Positions 62,546 through 64,000 of a DNA stretch of 64,000 nt are shown piece after piece. The notes beneath the pieces were generated by a model. The model saw only the letters and a program-made list of their open reading frames with translations. It was not told the origin of the DNA and searched no databases. Position numbers and translations under genes: made by a program. Numbering within the stretch: the first letter of the stretch is position 1; every line of letters begins with the position of its first letter. The DNA is from Nemertoderma westbladi (Eukaryota; Animalia; Xenacoelomorpha): assembly GCA_032718475.1 (NCBI GenBank), contig JAUCBJ010003590.1:26230-90229 (forward strand), in the 5' to 3' direction.

Positions 62546-62750
62546 CACACGGCCTGTAACATGCTGTAGGTAGAGGAAAGTGTGTCTAAATGTGCAAATA
62601 AACAATATACAGTAGGACTAGTTTTCGAAATTTTATTCGAACACTACAGTATTTATTTAAGTTGAGAGTATAAACCTACTAGAGTAAACTTACTTCAGAC
62701 TTGGCACCTGTAGTTTAATTAAAATATGAAAATTATTGCCCATATTTTAA

Positions 62751-62908
62751 ATATACTGTGTACTGTAGGTGATTTGGACATATTTGTAATAGTCATTCTT
62801 TCTTTCAATTATATTTATTTCAATTATATTATTTATTTATAATATACTGTGTACTGTAGGTGATTTGGACATATTTGTAATAGTCATTCTTTCTTTCAAT
62901 TATATTTA
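62751..62908. repeat. 91-bp-period tandem duplication
   Basis: atatactgtgtactgtaggtgatttggacatatttgtaatagtcattctttctttcaattatattta at 62751 and 62842. Confidence 0.85.
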
Positions 62909-64000
62909 CGAACGATTCTTTTCCATTCAGCAGTATTATGTGGATACATTATTGGTATTATGTGGTAACAAAAATGCAGTTATGACCTTCGACGGATAAT
63001 TAACGAAATGTTTGTCTACGTGATTGACATGCTTCTTTCTAGACATCGGCGGGATACCCGATGAGATAATTGCTGCAATTCAACCAGTGTAAGCCTATGA
63101 TGATTCCACAAAGTTTGTCCATACAATAGATGAGATTCAGACAATTTGCAGTGTCATTGGTTGCCGTTCAATGTTATACGGTACTCTGGCACCCTTCCTC
63201 TCCATTACAGTGGTGGACTACTGTATGTTCTGTGAATATCTCTCGTCCAACATATGTAATACTGTATGATATAGATGGGGTGGAAATAAGCGGTGATAGA
63301 AGTAGAATAAAATCACCACACACTTGATGGACCTCGAATGCTCAGTGCTCAGCAGAAATTTGGATTCCCCTTAGTGGTGATCGTCCGCCAGTAGTACTGA
63401 TGTTCACGATCAATCAATGGATGGCCTGGTTGGTCACCTGGTTGGTTGATCATGCATGATGATATATACTGTACACCCGGATGATGCTGAGTTTATGGCA
63501 TAAATACAGTAAGATAGGGTGTTAACGAACGCTACGAGGACAATCGACAACCAACGCCGACAACCATTATTAAAGCTACAGTAATTAATTTATTACGGTA
63601 TTTGGGGGAAAGGAACAGTTTACAGTGGAAGGTTATTCTAAAAAAAATAATAAACGAGAGTCACGAACTCAGGTTACATTTTCCTATTTGCTGTTTTCGG
63701 CGTAGCGTTTACACCCAGTAAGAGATATAATACTACTGTATGTTCTAAATAATTTATCAAACGAGGCAATAATGTACAATATTAAGTAGGCCCTAGTGAC
63801 ATACTGAACTACAGAATCATACTGTATTATACTAATAAAACTACTGATCAGCTGAGCATGAATATGATCTTATGCAAATGGCTGATGAGAGGGGACTTGG
63901 TGGTACTAAATAAATAATAGTAGGCCTACAGTAAAAGCTTATTGATAATGTACGATTTATAGGGGATTTGCATCGTGAACTCGTTTATTGTTTTGGTTCA

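Overview
AT-rich, intron-containing animal (invertebrate-type) genomic DNA, mostly nested transposable elements around two host genes. A CAP/SCP (PR-1/CRISP-like) gene has its last three exons at 233-344, 1714-1850 and 14929-15210. KANSL3/Rcd1 has two coding exons, 43575-44363 and 50566-53742. Mobile elements: (1) a 12.1-kb BEL/Pao LTR element (2017-14133, GCAAT TSD, ~99% identical 1.13-kb LTRs) in the CAP intron, keeping gag-protease, lacking RT and nearly all RNase H/integrase, and carrying a decayed orphan 3' ORF; (2) a second, frameshifted BEL/Pao element (15764-28908, minus, GCTCT TSD) containing a near full-length CR1-group LINE with a 2A-like motif; (3) an orphan zinc-knuckle ORF region (31628-34053, minus); (4) an RT-less RTE LINE with a 17-bp TSD; plus MITEs, Helentron-like repeats, tRNA-like segments and satellites. 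The most striking observation: the first BEL element has no tRNA-type primer-binding site. The 13 nt right after its 5' LTR are the exact reverse complement of a segment inside its own LTR, the signature of Tf1-like self-priming, which I know only from Ty3/Gypsy chromoviruses. Second, a colinear non-coding cassette precedes two unrelated-looking orphan ORFs with basic C-terminal tails. All calls come from reading the sequence by eye; no searches or alignments were run, and identities are hand estimates.
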